58,237 bases of DNA from assembly GCA_900088475.1 (NCBI GenBank), contig FLMG01002222.1:1-58237 (forward strand), in the 5' to 3' direction. This document shows, piece after piece, positions 1 through 14,229 of the stretch (its first letter is position 1; each line of letters starts with the position of its first letter). The DNA is from Hyphochytrium catenoides. Lineage: Eukaryota > Protista > Hyphochytriomycota. A model generated the notes under the pieces. That model was not told the origin of the DNA. It did not search any database and saw only the letters and a list, made by a program, of their open reading frames with translations. A program made the position numbers and the translations under genes.

Positions 1-417
1 GAGACAGGAGAAGACGGGCGGGTATACTACCGTTTTACTACGGCGAAGGCCAGCAGCTGCCGGGCCATCCAGAGTAAGAGGAGAGAAAAGAAAGAGGAAG
101 ACAGGGAGAGGAGGAAAAGAAGAAGGGCGAATGAGCTCCAGGTAGGAAGATCAGCGAAGAGACGCGTGGATGAGGCTTTGTGGCTCCGTCTGCCAGCTTC
201 TCTCAGTCCCCGACTTTCCAGCCAGGACGAAAAGCTTCCGGATTTCCCCCCGCCATTGCTACGTTTCTTTGGCACAGACGCTCCTTCTCTTCCTCTCAAT
301 CGTTGTATCTCTCTTTCCGCCATCCCTCTTGTGCCTGTTCTGATACATCTCTTTGCTTGCCCAGAGGTCAGCTGGGATCACTCTATTCTTCTTTTCCTTC
401 CGCTTGGAACGAGGAAG

Positions 418-3400
418 ATGCTCTCTCGCCGAGTTATCTCTGTCCTCGCTCTTGGAGCTCTAACCGTCGGCTTTGCCGTCGTTGCCCGTCGGCGCCAGCA
501 AAAGAGCCAGAGAAAGCTGGTGTCCACGAGAAGGAAAGATGTAAAGGTTCAACCAGCCGGAGAGAAGGTACCTGAGGAAAGGGAAACGGCTCGTCAGCTG
601 GGCAGGACAGGTAGCACTGACAATGACAGAGCTAACAACTTTGTTCTTCTGTGCATAAGAAACGTAATCCTCCTCGTTGGAATTATCTGTTTGGCCCTCG
701 CCTATGGGCTGCCAACATCCCTCGGCTCTCCACGTCTTCCCCTCTCTTTTACATCCTCATCCTCACTGCCTCTTTCATTCTGTTCCCAACACGAGCATAT
801 ATCTGTCAATAGTCGCTCCTCTTTATCTCGCTTTTCTTCTCTAACCCTATGATTTTTAACAGCAGCGTCTACGGCAGCGAAGGAAGGCCCCAAAGAGAAC
901 TTAGTTGTGCCAGAAGACGAGGACCAAGCCCCTGATCTCCATGGACATACTACTTCCTCCCTCTCCCCGGAGGGGCCCCAACATCAGAGATCCAGCACGC
1001 AGCGGAGTTGTCAAGCCCTCGCTGGACCTCATCACGATGATGGAGATTCTCCTGCACTACTTCAGCGGGATAGCCAGCATGTCCCAGCCACAGAGGGAGG
1101 ACGACAGAGGGATCGTCAAGAAGAAGAAGAAGATACTATTGCTTCGCCTCTGGTGTCGGTTATGACTTCCTCTTCTCTCGCTGCGCGAAGAGCCCTGAGG
1201 ACTGGAAGCCTACCTCCCACCACTGCCATTCCTACGATCGAGACTTCCGCTCTAGAGCTGCGTCGTCCTGTCTCCCCTGACGAGGAGAAACAAAACCCAT
1301 CCATTCATGAGGGCGCGACACAGCGTCTTCACCACCACTGGGAACCACGAGAAGCGAGAGGAGACCGGGGGGAAGGGGCGGTCCCGGCCGCGGAGATGGA
1401 GCACTTAGCAAGAGAACCAGAACATGAGCTCCTAATATTAGGCGCCAGGGTTCCTCTTCCTCATGAAGAAGGCACATTTGAGGAGGGGCCAAGACAGAGT
1501 TCTGAAGACTCCTCAAACACCTACGGCATTGAGCGTCGTGATGATGATGCTTTATCGTCGTCTCCGTTGTCGCCTGGGCCGCAGCAGGCGGAAGCAGCAA
1601 TACAAGTTCTTCAGGAAACGGAGGAGCAAGAAGCAGCAGAAGAGGACAGTGCTATTCCTGCTATTCTCCAAGTAAATGAGCTGTTGACTACTTCTGCCTC
1701 AGCTCCTTCCCCTGCTTCTCTGTCGGAAGCGAAGCCGAAGAACGAAGAGACTTCTCTCTGTGGGGCTCACAGCTCTCTGCCAGTACTAGCTAACGTCCCA
1801 GAGCATCTCTCAGCCGAGAGTTCACCTGACGCCTCCCCTTCCGCTCGCATGAGGTCCTCGGAGGAGGAGGATGGACATCCTCCTTCAGTCCATGAAGACC
1901 ACGTCGCGAGGGCTATAGAGCAAGAAGAGGTGCAGGAGCAGGAGGAACAGCAACGAGTGCAGGGCAGGATTGAAGAGGAGATTGCAGGCCTACTTAACAA
2001 TCTTGAGATCGATTCCGACACGACCGACTCATTAGTGGAGGAAGACCGTGACACATCTGACTTCTTTCTCCAGTCAGAGGCCTCTGGCACCGCAAAGCAG
2101 GAAACCTACCGCTCCACCGACCAGGCAGAGCAGTCAACCATCAATACCGCTGACTCTTATTCTATGCCAACTGAGCCGTGGGCAATGGAGCAGCACGAGG
2201 AGGAGAGGTCTGCAGCTGGCACTACTGCCCAGCAGCAAATGCCAACTGACTATCTCTTCGCGTTGGTAGAGATCTTTGATGCTAAAGAGGAGCTGCCAGA
2301 GCCGCCAAAGCAAGAGATAGGTCAAGAAAGCGAATTCTCACCTCTCGGCCTACAACTCACTCCCGAGCTGACACAGGGTGGCTCCGAAGAGAAAGAGGCA
2401 GGTGCCATTAAGCCCGAAGGCCACTCTTCCTCCTGTCAGCTGGAAGAGAAGGGGTTCGAGGACCAAAGTAGAGAGCATTATATGGAGGAGACGGCGGGCA
2501 ATGAGCCTGTGAGATCTGAGAGAAGCTCTTCTGACTCCAGCCAGGAAGAGGAGAACGAGGAAATGAGGCCGCAAGAGCAAGAGGTCAACCTTCTTGAGCG
2601 TTCGATTGAAGAACAGGCAGAGCCCCTGGTTTTACTCTCAGATGCCTCAGACGCCCCAGATGCCTCTGATGAGGAACAGGAAGAGCAAGAGGCTCCTGAG
2701 CTCTTTGATGCTGCTGCGGAACCTTTTGTCCTCGAACAAGGAGACGTCATGACTCCTTCGGTCGCACAAAAAAGCAATTTGGCGCTTCAGCCTCCTCTTC
2801 TGCAGGCCGCGGGAAGCCACCAGTCCGTCACCTCAGCCCGGGCATTGTCTTCTCCTCCCCTTCCTGAAGCAGTTAGGGCGGCCGTCTCTGTGCAGAATTA
2901 CTTCTCAGCACTCTCAGAGGAGCCCTCTACATCCTCCGCCTCATCCTGTGCCGCCTCTGATAGTGGTGGAGAGGAACAACGGCAAGCGCCGAAACGGGAG
3001 GAGGAGGAGTTGGAAGAGTCGCTGGCTCCAACTCCAGTTCCATCTTCATCTTCAGATGCGCACGACAGCGAAGGCGAGGAGAAGGATCATGAGGACGAGG
3101 AGCCTGCATGTTCATGCTCAGAGTCTGTCCTTTCCTCTGAGGAAGCAGGAGAGTGCTTTCCGGATAGCTCTGCTGCTGCAGAAGCTCAATCTTTTCAGCA
3201 ATTTTCTAAGACGATGGAAAGGAAAGAAGGTGAAGAAGAAGATGAGAGCGAGTTGCCAGGCGAAGCAATGGAATTTGAAGCAGGAGAGCACGGTCTGACA
3301 ATGAAATTAGCAGCAGAAGAGGAGGAGGAAGACGCAGAAGAACTTCCAGCTTCAGTTTCTGCTCTGCCACCAGTAACAGAAGAGAACCTGTCCCCTCCTT

Positions 3401-6400
3401 CAACCGTCCCTCAATCCCCTTCTCCAGAGCCCTTCATCTCCTCACCAGAAGAAGAGCTACGAGGAGAGAGGAGAGAGGGGCAGGGCAGGACATGCACTAT
3501 CTTCGAGGAGGAAGAGCTCTATATCCATCCCCACTACGTGACATTCGGAGAGATCACGGTGCCTCTCCTCAAGGCTCCACCAGCGGAAAGGCAAGAGAAG
3601 GAAGCGGCTCCTCATACCTCCTCTGAGGGTGATGAACGTTGCCAAGTACTGACCCACAGGCTAGAGAGGAGAATGTCCCCGCAGAAGACAACGGGAGACC
3701 TTGAGGACTGCGAGGCCGCTAGAACTGTTGTCGCATCCCAAGGTGCCTCTTCACTGTCTGTCCTGGAGCAGATAAAGACTGAAGAGACTGAGAGAGGAGA
3801 AGACGACCGAGGGAAGATCTGCCAGGAAGCACCGGAGGCACAAAGTCAACAAGAGGTTGAAGCGACACTGCAGGAGGAGGACAGAGCGAAGTCCTCTGGA
3901 GAGAAGAGGAGACTAAGTGACAAGATGAGGCGCGAAGACGAATTGCAAGCCTCTTTCCTCTCGCTTCCTTTCTCGAGGTCAGTTGATAGAAGGAGCTACT
4001 CCCATACCGACGACGAGGCAACAGAAGCCAATGATGAGGAGACCTGCATCCTCATTTCCGAAGATTTTTTCATTGAGGAGCCATCGAGCGAGCTCGTAGT
4101 TGAGGAGAAGCGAGATGAAGGTGACCAGCACCTGGAACCTGGGAGCTTGAGAGAGGAGGAAAGAGAGCTCGAAGAGGAAGGGAACTCTAAGCAGGCTCTT
4201 CCCCTACCTCCTATTGCCCTTGACCGAAGGGCCGAAGAAGGCGTTCATCTTGCAGCCCCTGAAGAGCTGGGGCAAGATCGATATATGGTTGCCCATCGCT
4301 TTCTGGCAGGAGCGAAGAAGAAAGAAGAAGAGGAAGGAAATAAGGACGAAGGACGCGGCGCAAAGAGGGAGGAAGAAGACGAAGACAGCCTGTCGATGGA
4401 TCTCTCTGCTTTCCTATTTGAGCCTCACGGAGCCGTGATTCCGGAACGGCCATCTACCCCTCTTGCAGCCCAGGGCATGAAACCCGATGACGGTCTTAAG
4501 ACAGCAAAGGAGACGGAGAACTCCCAACAAGCCCTGGGTCGATCTTCCATTCAACCTGCAGAGGAAGGAGAGATGGTCCCCGAGGAGCAGGACATGTCAG
4601 CGTTCTTTCTTGAGAGCTCTGGAGAAGAGAGAGAACAGGGGAAACGGGAAGACGGGCGATGCCGGCGAGAAAGTAAGGAGAGAGACGAAGAAGATGGAGA
4701 TTGGCATCAACTATCCCCTTCTGACTCAGTAGACCGAGAGGCAATGGCCCTGCACGGCAAGCTATCCTGGCCAGAGAGCTCAAGCCCGTCCTCCGCTTCT
4801 GAGGATGACCAGGAACAAGGACATGAACTGCTCCTTTCCAGAGAGGAGTCTGATATTATCCAGCGCACCAGGACGAGAGATGATGAAGTGTATACGGAAG
4901 GGAAGGCTGAAGTTGAGGAGAAGGTGGATCTGCATAAAGAAGAAGAGGAGCTTTCTCTCAACGACAGCAGCAGCAGGGTGATGGAGGTGAGCGAGGGCCA
5001 ACTAGCAGTACACTGCGACGACGCGGAAGCTGAAAGAATAGAAGAGGAGAAAGGGGATGAAGAGGAAGGAGAGCATAATAGTGAGAAGGACGAAGGGGGA
5101 GGAAGTGAAGAAGAGCAAGAAGCAAGCCAGAAAGAGTCAGACCACGCATCCGAAACTGGCAGTCTCCCCGTTTCCAAGATTCAAACCCCCGAGCGAGCTC
5201 ATGAAGGTGAAGAGGAGTCTCTCAGCAGCTGCTTAGCAAGTTCTAATGTGGTGGAGACATCACCCTCCCTGCGTCCATTGTTGGGAGAGCCTCAGGAGGA
5301 TTATCTGGCAGATGACGAGCGGGCTGACATCACTTGGTGGATGCCTCAATCTCCAGGAAACCAAAGAGAAGAGACATCTTCTGAAGGTGGCGCCGTTGAA
5401 GGTGGGGCCAAGACCCTGCAAAGTGTTGAAGCGCTGGCGGCGGAAGAAGGTGCTCTCATGTTCGGGATGGTTGAAGACGCCGTGACTGATGATGTAGATC
5501 TTGGGGCCTGCCAGCAGAAGGACGACACGACGTTGGATCAGCGCATGTGCCAGGAAGAGAAAGCCTTGGACGACCCCAGGTGTTGGTTGGAAGAGAGAGA
5601 GGAGCTAAGCGCGTTTGAAGAGCGCAGAGCAGAGGAGGAGGCCAGAGACGAAGCGACACAACAAGACGAGGGAGATTTCACCCATGAAACAGACGACGGG
5701 GCCGGGCTACCGTCAATGACGTTGGAGGAGAAGGCAGAGGAGGCAAGGGCAACGGGAGAAGCGAGAGAGGAAATGGTCCAATTGATAGCAGAAGGATACC
5801 TGTGCTCGCCTGACCGCTGCAGCACTATGAGCGATGAGGAGATCAGTGACCAAGAAGCAAGTCCTCTGAGGGAAGAAGAGAGGCAAGATATGGGCGACGA
5901 GGGTTCACTGTCTTTGAGACCCAACTTCCGTCCTATACTCTCTCTCTCATATCCTTTCTCATCCTTCGTAGAGCCGGTTGGGACTGATGAAGAGGAGGAG
6001 TATCGAGAACAGTGGGAGGACCAAGAAGACAACGATGACAAGGCAACTGTGGCACCAGGACAGAAGAGAGAAACCGACGGTGATGAGACGCCCGTTGCTA
6101 TGGCCGACTCGAGACCTGAGCCTCAGTTAGAAAGCGAGGAAAGGCAGAAGGCTGAGGTATGCGCAGACGAGAAGACGACTACTGAGACCGATGCGGGAGA
6201 ACAAGGGCTCTCGACATGGATCCCTGAGACACGCTGCGCCACGCATACTTTAGAAGAAGGGTTGTGCACCTGGGAGGCAGGAACAGATGAGCAAGGAGCG
6301 GCCTCAGATGGCAAGATAGACTCCGATCCTATGAAGAGAGAGGACGGGACGGAAGAACCAGAAACGACATCGGCAGATGGTAGAGAGTCAACATCCTTTA

Positions 6401-7489
6401 GCGTGGAGATGAGGCTTCAGGAGAACTCTGGTGGTGCTATTGTTACAGCTCCAGGCCAAGATGAGGTCGATCTAAGCGCCTCAATGGAGACAGCTCCTGC
6501 TTCCTTCTCCTCTCACTCCAATCTTCAAGAGAGAGAGCATACATCCGCAATAGCGGGTGGGCTCCAAGGACAAGACACCGAAGACGACAAGGAGGTAACT
6601 TTGCTGACTCCAAGCAGCAGCGGAAAGTCCGGTTCTGAAGAGCAAGACGGCGAGGAAACGTTAGCTTCGCTCAACTTGGCGGACGGGACAGTGGTGGAGG
6701 GCGGGTCTGACGTGATGCTGGGCCTTGCCCAGCTCTTTGATGACGAATCGGACATCATCACTGGAGCTTCAGATACACTCCCTGCGGCATCTCCTGCTCA
6801 GGAGGAAGACCACCAGCATCAAGAGGAAGCTGAGGACCCTGAAGAGAACGCTGACGATTCTACTGCCTCTCTCATTAAGCTCGACGAAGAGGAAGAGGAA
6901 AAGAAGCAGGTAGAGGGAAGCATGTCACAGCAAGAGAGAGAATTTTCCTCTACCATTGAGGGCATCATCCAGGCGAAAAAGCAGCCGCGGTTAATGGATG
7001 CCGACGAGGACATTCTGAATCAAGAAGGGGATGAATGCCCTCCGCATGACCTCAGCAAAGAAGGCATCAGGGACGCCGACCAGTCATGCGCTAGTGCCAT
7101 GGACCAGGTTGAGATCAAGAGCAACATGAACCTAAGGTCAAGTGGCTCTCCAGTCGCAGAAGAAAGGGGAAGACAGGATGCCGAGATGTACTCAAGNNNN
7201 NNNNNNNNNNNNNNNNNNNNNNNNNNNNNNNNNNNNNNNNNNNNNNNNNNNNNCGATGGAAGAACAAGAACTCAAGGAGGAAGAGAAGGATGCGAATCAG
7301 CGCCAGGAATTCGTCAAAGTACAAAGCGGAGTTAGGGAGAAGACGACCGGCGACGAAGGGCCTGAGGAAAGGGAGTCATCCACAGGAAAGGAGGAGCATG
7401 TCGAGAGTGCTAGTCAGAAAGAGCACGAGGATCAGCACGTCGATGAGCTCACCCTACTCCCCAGCTTTCTGGCTGAAATGTACAGATGA
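418..7489 (+). CDS. Giant Glu-rich intrinsically disordered protein (~2,270 aa) with N-terminal signal-anchor; 2 exons (418-610, 863-7489), reading frame across the N gap uncertain
   Basis: ATG at 418 gives MLSRRVISVLALGALTVGFAVVARRRQQK (hydrophobic stretch plus basic flank). A phase-1 GT-AG intron (611-862) joins it in frame to the ~6.3-kb ORF 907-7196. After the 57-N gap the acidic composition continues in the 7142-7489 frame (MEEQELKEEEKD...LAEMYR*). Confidence 0.75.
7197..7253. other. Assembly gap (57 N)
   Basis: Run of N. Confidence 0.99.
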
Positions 7490-7691
7490 GTGAAGCCTCT
7501 GTCACATTCTCGGGATGGACAGACAGGAGCGCTAGCGGACAAAGGAGAAGAAATAAGAGGCATTCTCGTAGGTAGATTATAGAAGTCTTCATAGGCCGAG
7601 TGTAGGCGAGTATTTTGGATAGGAGGATAGGAGAGCAGTCATGGCGATGGAATTGACAGATGGACGACCCTCTGTCCACACACTAATCTAG

Positions 7692-8270
7692 GGTCTCTTC
7701 TACCAATGTCGAAAGTCCAATCTATCTCCGTCTTCATCACCTGTTGCTTGAGCTCAACGGATCAATGGAGACTCTTACCGACCTGTACCCTGCACCGCCT
7801 CAGCCCGCTAGCTCAGCTCTTCGACTGACCATTTCAGAAATGATTGCGGTTGTCACCGACGACCAAGGGCAACACTGACCTTCTAACACGGAGATCGAGA
7901 GCAAAAGAGTACCAGAGAGTACGTCAGCACCATCTCAGCTCGCTAAAGCTTCAACTAAACAGCGAGGAGTCCTCTGTATCACCCTCAAGAGCTGCACCAG
8001 CGCTAGGCGGCGGTGCACCAGGAAGAGTGACATGGACGTGACACGTCAAAGAAACAGAGAAAGAGAGAGAGAGAGCAGGAAGACAACCCGCGAAGTGACG
8101 ACGCGAACCAGGAGGAGCGAGGAAGAGAGAGGAACCGACCTGGCATCGAAGCAGTAGTTACGTCCTCATGGGCGTTAGCGGCTGGACAACAAAACAGTAG
8201 TTACAAAGTGTCCCGGAGCACGCAGGGCAACGTAGAAGGCCAGGACCTCCTCCGCACGGCACTGTCATTG
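7692..8270 (+). pseudogene. Decayed coding-like segment
   Basis: After a CACTAAT..CTAG acceptor the frame reads VSSTNVESPIYLRLHHLLLELNGSMETL...DDQGQH*PSNTEIESKR...SKQ*LRPHGR*, interrupted only by TGA/TAG. Confidence 0.3.
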
Positions 8271-8666
8271 GGGACGGGGAGAGCTTGATGCATCTCTCTC
8301 TCCGCACTTCTCTTTCCTCTCTCTGTCCTCTCTCTCTCTCTCTGTCTCTCTTGCTCTCTCTCCTCTATTTGCCTCCCGATGGCTGTTCAAGAAGAAGACG
8401 TTTGAGAAGAGAAAGGGCCGACGCAGGCTGAGGAGCAGAGAAATGAAGATCTTCGAGAAGAAGGGAAGAAGAAGGGGGAGGACAACGTAGAGCAAAGCTT
8501 ACCGATAGCTTTGCAAGAGCCAACACCAGACGGGTGTCGCGTGACTCTTTGCCATACAGCGTGTCAATCCTCATACGATAATGGGTCACGCTTTGCAATA
8601 GGAAGAAGAGATTTGAAAGGCTTCATACCTGCAGTGGACTCAGTTCCTTCCGCAGCCTGAGATAGA

Positions 8667-10793
8667 ATGAGATCCAACAGAAAGGATGGTAGGAAGGGCA
8701 TGGGAAAGACAAACAGAGCCCAGTTCTCACCAGAAGTCCAATCAACAGCCTCAATGGCAGTTGGTGACGCCAAAGACCGCCTCGAAGAGCCTCACCAATT
8801 GCCCAGGAGTAGAACAAAACCCAACAGACCAAGCGTAAGCTTAGGGACTGCCAAAAGGAAGAAAGAGAAAGAGACAAGGTATCCAGTTAATGCAGCGGTG
8901 CCCTTATGATCCCATCTCCTTTCTCTTCTTAGTCTTCAGCCGTAAGGTTAGCTAATCTGCCACAATGCAATGTCCCAGCAACGATGACCAGGAAAACAAT
9001 GAGGAGACCAGGCTATCGACTGTTGGTCATGAAGAAGAAGAAACAACAGAAAGAGAGTGTCAAGCACAGCATTCCCCCGCTTCAATCCAGGAAATGGAGA
9101 ATGACAAGAGGGAAGAAGTGGAATCGCGTGGCTCTCTCCATCTCCAGCACAAGGTGGAGAAGAGCAGCAAAGGGCTGCAAGAGGACATAGCTGCAAAGCT
9201 GCTTTTGGATGACTCTGAGGTGAAAGGACAGTATCTCTACATATATTGGCCTGGTTACCGTCCCGCACTTTCCAGACTGAGCAACATGTTAGCCTTCATC
9301 CTGCAGAGTCCCTCACGTTCTTGCATGACCTTCCTCCTCTCTGCACCAGTTCAAGCGCCTGCAGACTGTCTTTGACGAGCTGCGGCGATCCGTCTCTCTG
9401 TCAAACAAGAACGTGACGGCAGTCTTCAGAAATCTTGATAGCAATAAGACAGGTGCATGCTGCCTGCCTCCTTTGAACTTTTCGGGACTCCGTCGCACTT
9501 CTGTTGGATGCCATCCTCACTCTCCCCACGTCTGAAAGCTATTAACCGTTGGCCTGCTCTCCTCACGAAAACGTTTGCCAACAGGAATTGTCAGCGAGGA
9601 GGAGTTCCGACAACTCTTCAAACATCAGGTTGAGTTGAACCCGGAAGATATTGGGCGGGCCTTCTCTCTGGTGCGCGGAGGCGCAGAAGGGGTTGAATTT
9701 GCCAAATTTGCTGAGGCGTGCAGGCCGATGTACATTGAGACACTGGTACGCTAGCCCCCTGTCCTACATTTATCTACCCTTAAAACGCACCTCTCGACTT
9801 GCTCTTGTCTTTGCTTTCCTCGTTGCTTTTCTACCTCTCTTTTTGACCGCCTCATCTCGTGGTTCCGACCCGATGTCTGTTTCTTTCTCTCTTACGTTCG
9901 TTCTCTAGGCTTTGGACTACGCCTCTTGCTTCTATGTCCTCTAGTACTTTCGATCTTATCCTCTACCTTCAAGGCTGCCAAAGCCTAGTGGCTCCTGTCC
10001 TCTCACGTGCTTTATGTTTCAAGATGCCACGACCCTCTGCTACTAATATATTGACGCCACTTGACTACGCCCGAAATGGGTGATGATTGCGCTTTGTCTT
10101 CTCTCCTTGGCCTGGCTTGCAGAAAGCGCAAGAGGAGCTTATCGCCTGTGGTCTCGGCCGGAGGAACAATGAGAGCTTTGCAAGGGTAAACTTGATTTCC
10201 AGCTCATAAGTCGTCTGTCTCTCTACCTTTTCCCGCCCAGGATCTTTCTCTCTCTGTGCTTTGCTGCGTCCCCTTAATACTTGGGCTTCATCCTCCTACA
10301 GATCTCTGCAGAGATGCAGCCATCGCTAGTAATGCTCCGAGACACGCAGCAGAAAGTTTATAAGGCACTGAACACAGAGGTAGCATGGTCCCTAGTATTC
10401 ACATTTCTCCACTTCGCCATCTCTTCCCTGTCAATAACACGTCACGAACTTTCTATTTCTCCCACTTACCTTCTTTTGCTACGCGCGCCTTTGGTCCCTA
10501 TCTTTCCTTCCTTCCTCTCTCTCACTCTCCCGTTGTCCACTCTTCCGCTTTGCCGTCGCACAGGACAAATTTCTTGCTCTTGCTTCTCGAGTTGGAGCCT
10601 TAAACGAGCAATATCCAGGGCTGATTGGTTATCAGGAGCTCACTAGGGCCGTGGACAAGTGGGGCCTTCCCCTGGAGAAAGAAGAGATCAGAAATCTCAT
10701 CTTGGTGAGGACGTGAAAGATGGTGAAACAGGAGATAAAGCAGATGTCCTGGACCGTCGAGACAGAGAGGACCAAAAGGACGGACCTTTGTAG

Positions 10794-10837
<44 letters not shown>

Positions 10838-13196
10838 GCTCTCTCTCTTACCTTGGCTGGCCGAGCCCCAGTTCAGAATCTGCGAGTTGAAGTCCAGAAG
10901 GGAGCGATGCTGAGACAAGGGAGACAGCAAACTGGCGTCCATCTGCTTCTATCTGAAGATCAGAAGAGTGCGAGGGAGGTGGCAAGGCTCCCACGCGGAA
11001 CCTGAAGATGTCTAACCTCTCATCTTTGCGGGTAGGCTTGCGATAGCGAACTGAGCAGCAAGCTGAATCTGAAATCGCTACTGAAGACATTGACACAAGA
11101 AAACTTCAAGTCTTTAAAGCAAGACAGCGAGCAGCAGGAGGTCGGTGGCTCTCTCTCTCTTTCACTTCGCTGCTCTAGCGTGCACGGAGCAATTCAAGGC
11201 TTCCGTATCTCCACGCAGCTATATATTCCCCTTCTCCATAGGCGAATTGATTATCTGGTCTCTCTCTCTCTCTCTCTCTCTCTCCCCGACTCTTCCCTTG
11301 CTCTTTATCCGTCGTCCATTATTTTCTCACCTTGCAAAGTCCCGGAGTGAGAATCGAGCATTGGCCCGCCTGGAGGAGATCGTCAACAGCCCGTACACTC
11401 CCTCCCCTGATCTTCTAAAGACGATGAAGGACAATCCAGTGCTTAGGAGGGATTCTCCCTACTACTATCCCCAGCCTAACCCCATGTAAAGCAGCAGCAC
11501 CGATGTATTCGCTTTTCCCTGTACTATCTAGCAGCCTTACTATGGCTTTCCAGCGCCTCCAAACCTGTGTCTGACTGTGCCAATGTCTGCTGAAAAAACT
11601 CTTCTCATCTTTCGGCGCATCAAGTGCTATTATTAACATTCCTCCCTTGACAGTCCAGAGATGCCACGTACCCGCACTTCTGAGCTTGAGAGAAGACTGG
11701 AACGGATCGATAGAGAAAAGAAGCACCTGCGACCAGAATTGTCAGTCTCCTCTTCCTATACCGATTCACTCTCTCTCTCTCCTCTTTCTCTCTTTGTAGC
11801 CTTGCTGACGCCCAATTTGCTCATCAGGGTTGATCCCCTGACGAAGGGTGCCAACTATCTAGGCTCTTAGACTTGCTTCTGTCTGTCTCTACCCTCACCT
11901 CCCTTTACCTGGTTTCCTCCTTGCTAACACTTGGGCGTTGCAGTTTTGAACGGGTCTTTGACTCGCCCCAAAACGGTTCGGCCTTGCTTAGCATCATCAA
12001 GGAAATTAATCAGAAAGGACGATATAGAAAGCTGAAGAAACCGGTGAGAAGAATGTCCCACTTCATTAGCAGAAGCAAAACACATAGTAGGCTCCCGGGA
12101 GAGGGAAAGACAAGGGACAGTTACCTAGCGTGATAGTCAGAAGTCACCTCGTCAGTGGAGGCAGCTTCCTCAGAGTCCAAGCAGAGCCATCGCTGGTTGT
12201 GGTGGAGGAAGAAGCAGTGGGAGAGAAATGGGTGAGCGAGCGTAACCTGGAGACATGTGCCACTATTGACGTCTTCCTTCAGGACTCACGGAATCCGATA
12301 TATGCCTCTTCAGTCTCTCTCCCCATGGATTCTCCTGCCTCCCCACCTTATCGGGCTCGTACTGCCTATCAAGAACACTTTTCAACACCTCAAGATAACA
12401 CTGGGGACAGCGTCATACAGCAAGACAAGAAGGTGCTCAAATTTGTGCCAAGCGCCCGGCCATCTCTTGTCTTCTCTTCCTTTAGACCCTTGCTGTTAGG
12501 GAGTCTTTGCTGGGAATGCAGCTCTTTGACTGAACCCATGCTTTCCTAAGTCTTTCTACAGCTGTAGGACTGTCACTCTTTGCCTTCCTTACCCTGGTAG
12601 AGGTTCTAACTCTTGGCTTCTGCATCCCATCTCTGTCCCAGCGACGAGAATACCGGCTTAGGATGCTAGCTGAGACTCAAAAGAAATATGCCGATAGAAT
12701 AGGTTCGTGGAAAGAAGAAAGCCAAGGCTGAAGAGAGAGAGCGACAATGAGGCTCAGCAGAGAAGGAGTTGAGAGTTGAAAGTAGGCACAGGACTGATGC
12801 AAGATTGTGAAAGACTAACTTAACTTTTTCTATTCTCAGCCTTTGCAGTACATTTCGAAGAGGACGAACGCCAGCGGGCCCAGCACGAAAGGATGAGGAA
12901 AAGGGCAGCGGACAACCTAGGGTATTCCCCTCTCTCCCTCCACGCGACTTCGTTCCACACAGGGACATGCCGTCTAGACGTCAAACTCTATCTAGTTGCC
13001 CCCGTTATCCTCTACTCTTGAGAACATTCCTTCTATTCACGAACCCTCTTCTTGTCCTAGATATCAGCGACGGTTGGCCTCCTACATCAAGGCAGGGGTT
13101 ACGATAGAGAGGAAGGGTGGCTTCGACAGCCCTTACAGAGCCAGGAACGTCGCTACATCAGAACAATCTATGTTTGCAGGGAGAACTCATTTTTGA
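8667..13196 (+). CDS. Multi-exon (~15 exons) EF-hand protein of unknown function
   Basis: Manual splicing with GT-AG introns keeps one frame from ATG 8667 to TGA 13196. It contains a canonical EF-hand (FRNLDSNKTG|IVSEEEFRQLF, ~9420-9625) and three degenerate EF-like helix-loop-helices (PEDIGRAFSLVRGGAEGVEFAKF; YPGLIGYQELTRAV; EEIRNLIL|ACDSELSSKLNLKSLL). Confidence 0.75.
10795..10832. repeat. (AG)n microsatellite in intron
   Basis: Perfect AG dinucleotide run. Confidence 0.95.
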
Positions 13197-14229
13197 CTGC
13201 CCTCGTACCTCCTGGCACCGGAGCCTTCATCTGAGGGACAGAGAATCACTGTAATGACCAAGCCAATGACTCCACGGCTAAATCAAGAGAACACAGGCGG
13301 AAGGAGGACTGCTGAGCCCAGTACACTCCGTAAATATAGGCTCCCATCGCCTAAGATAGCAGAAGATGACTCTAGACTAATCATAGGAAGTCAAAATGAG
13401 AAAAGCTTGTAGAAGAGCGAGGTCGTGTTAAGATTAGGTTGACTCTCACTGGTTTGGGTCATGAGACTAGGTAGCGCTAGAAAGTCCTTGTTCCGCCTAA
13501 TCAAGGAAGAGTATCGATTGGCGTCCAGGCAACCAGGAGGATAGCAATTCTGATGCAATGAAAGAGGCGTTGTGAGGAAGGATCATTGAGAGCGATAGAC
13601 GGACGGCGCGGTGAGTCGCCTTGACTAACCTGACGTAGCAAGGGGCCCCTGAGATCCTCCTTCCAGTGGTGCAGAAGAAGGCACTCAAAGGAAGCCGTCG
13701 TGGTAGAGCAAGATGAAATTTCTCTAAGTTATCGATTGGTTGGGCCTGGTGACGACGAGGCAAGCAGAGGAGGCAGCCCTGGGTTATTTCACTATGCGAG
13801 AAGAGGTATAGGAGCCAGAGAGAGAGAGAGGAAGAGAAAGGGAGAGATAGGGAAAGAAAGGGTAAGGGACAGAGAGAGAACGAGAGAGAGACATACAGAC
13901 TAAGGGCCAACTGGCAGTGAAGCGGCGCTGGTTTCTGATACCACTACTTCAGAGACACAGATGAAAGGTCCATATGTGGCAGGCGCCCAAGGAGCGGACA
14001 CGGGACACGCTAAAGAACAACCGACAAAGTGCGGACAGCTGTGGCTGTGTCTAGAAGGAGATGGGTCTGTCGAAAGTCCTTCCATACTTCCTCTTCAACG
14101 CATTCAAAAGGGGCAGCGCGTGGAAGAAAGTCTTGCCAAGGAAGGAGCTCGTGCTCAGTATATGAACTATCTTTGTCTATCGCTTCATTTTCATAGGGGC
14201 CCCTCGTGCTGCTCATCCAAAGAGGAAAG

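Noticed and set aside
10372-10396. ACACAGAG..TAGCATGGTCCCT resembling the U6 snRNA core
   Set aside because: It spans an exon/intron junction of the EF-hand gene, and the rest of U6 is absent.
12640-12785. Apparent frameshifted or stop-containing coding sequence
   Set aside because: It is resolved by an AG|GTTCGT donor at ~12703; the EF-hand gene stays in frame.
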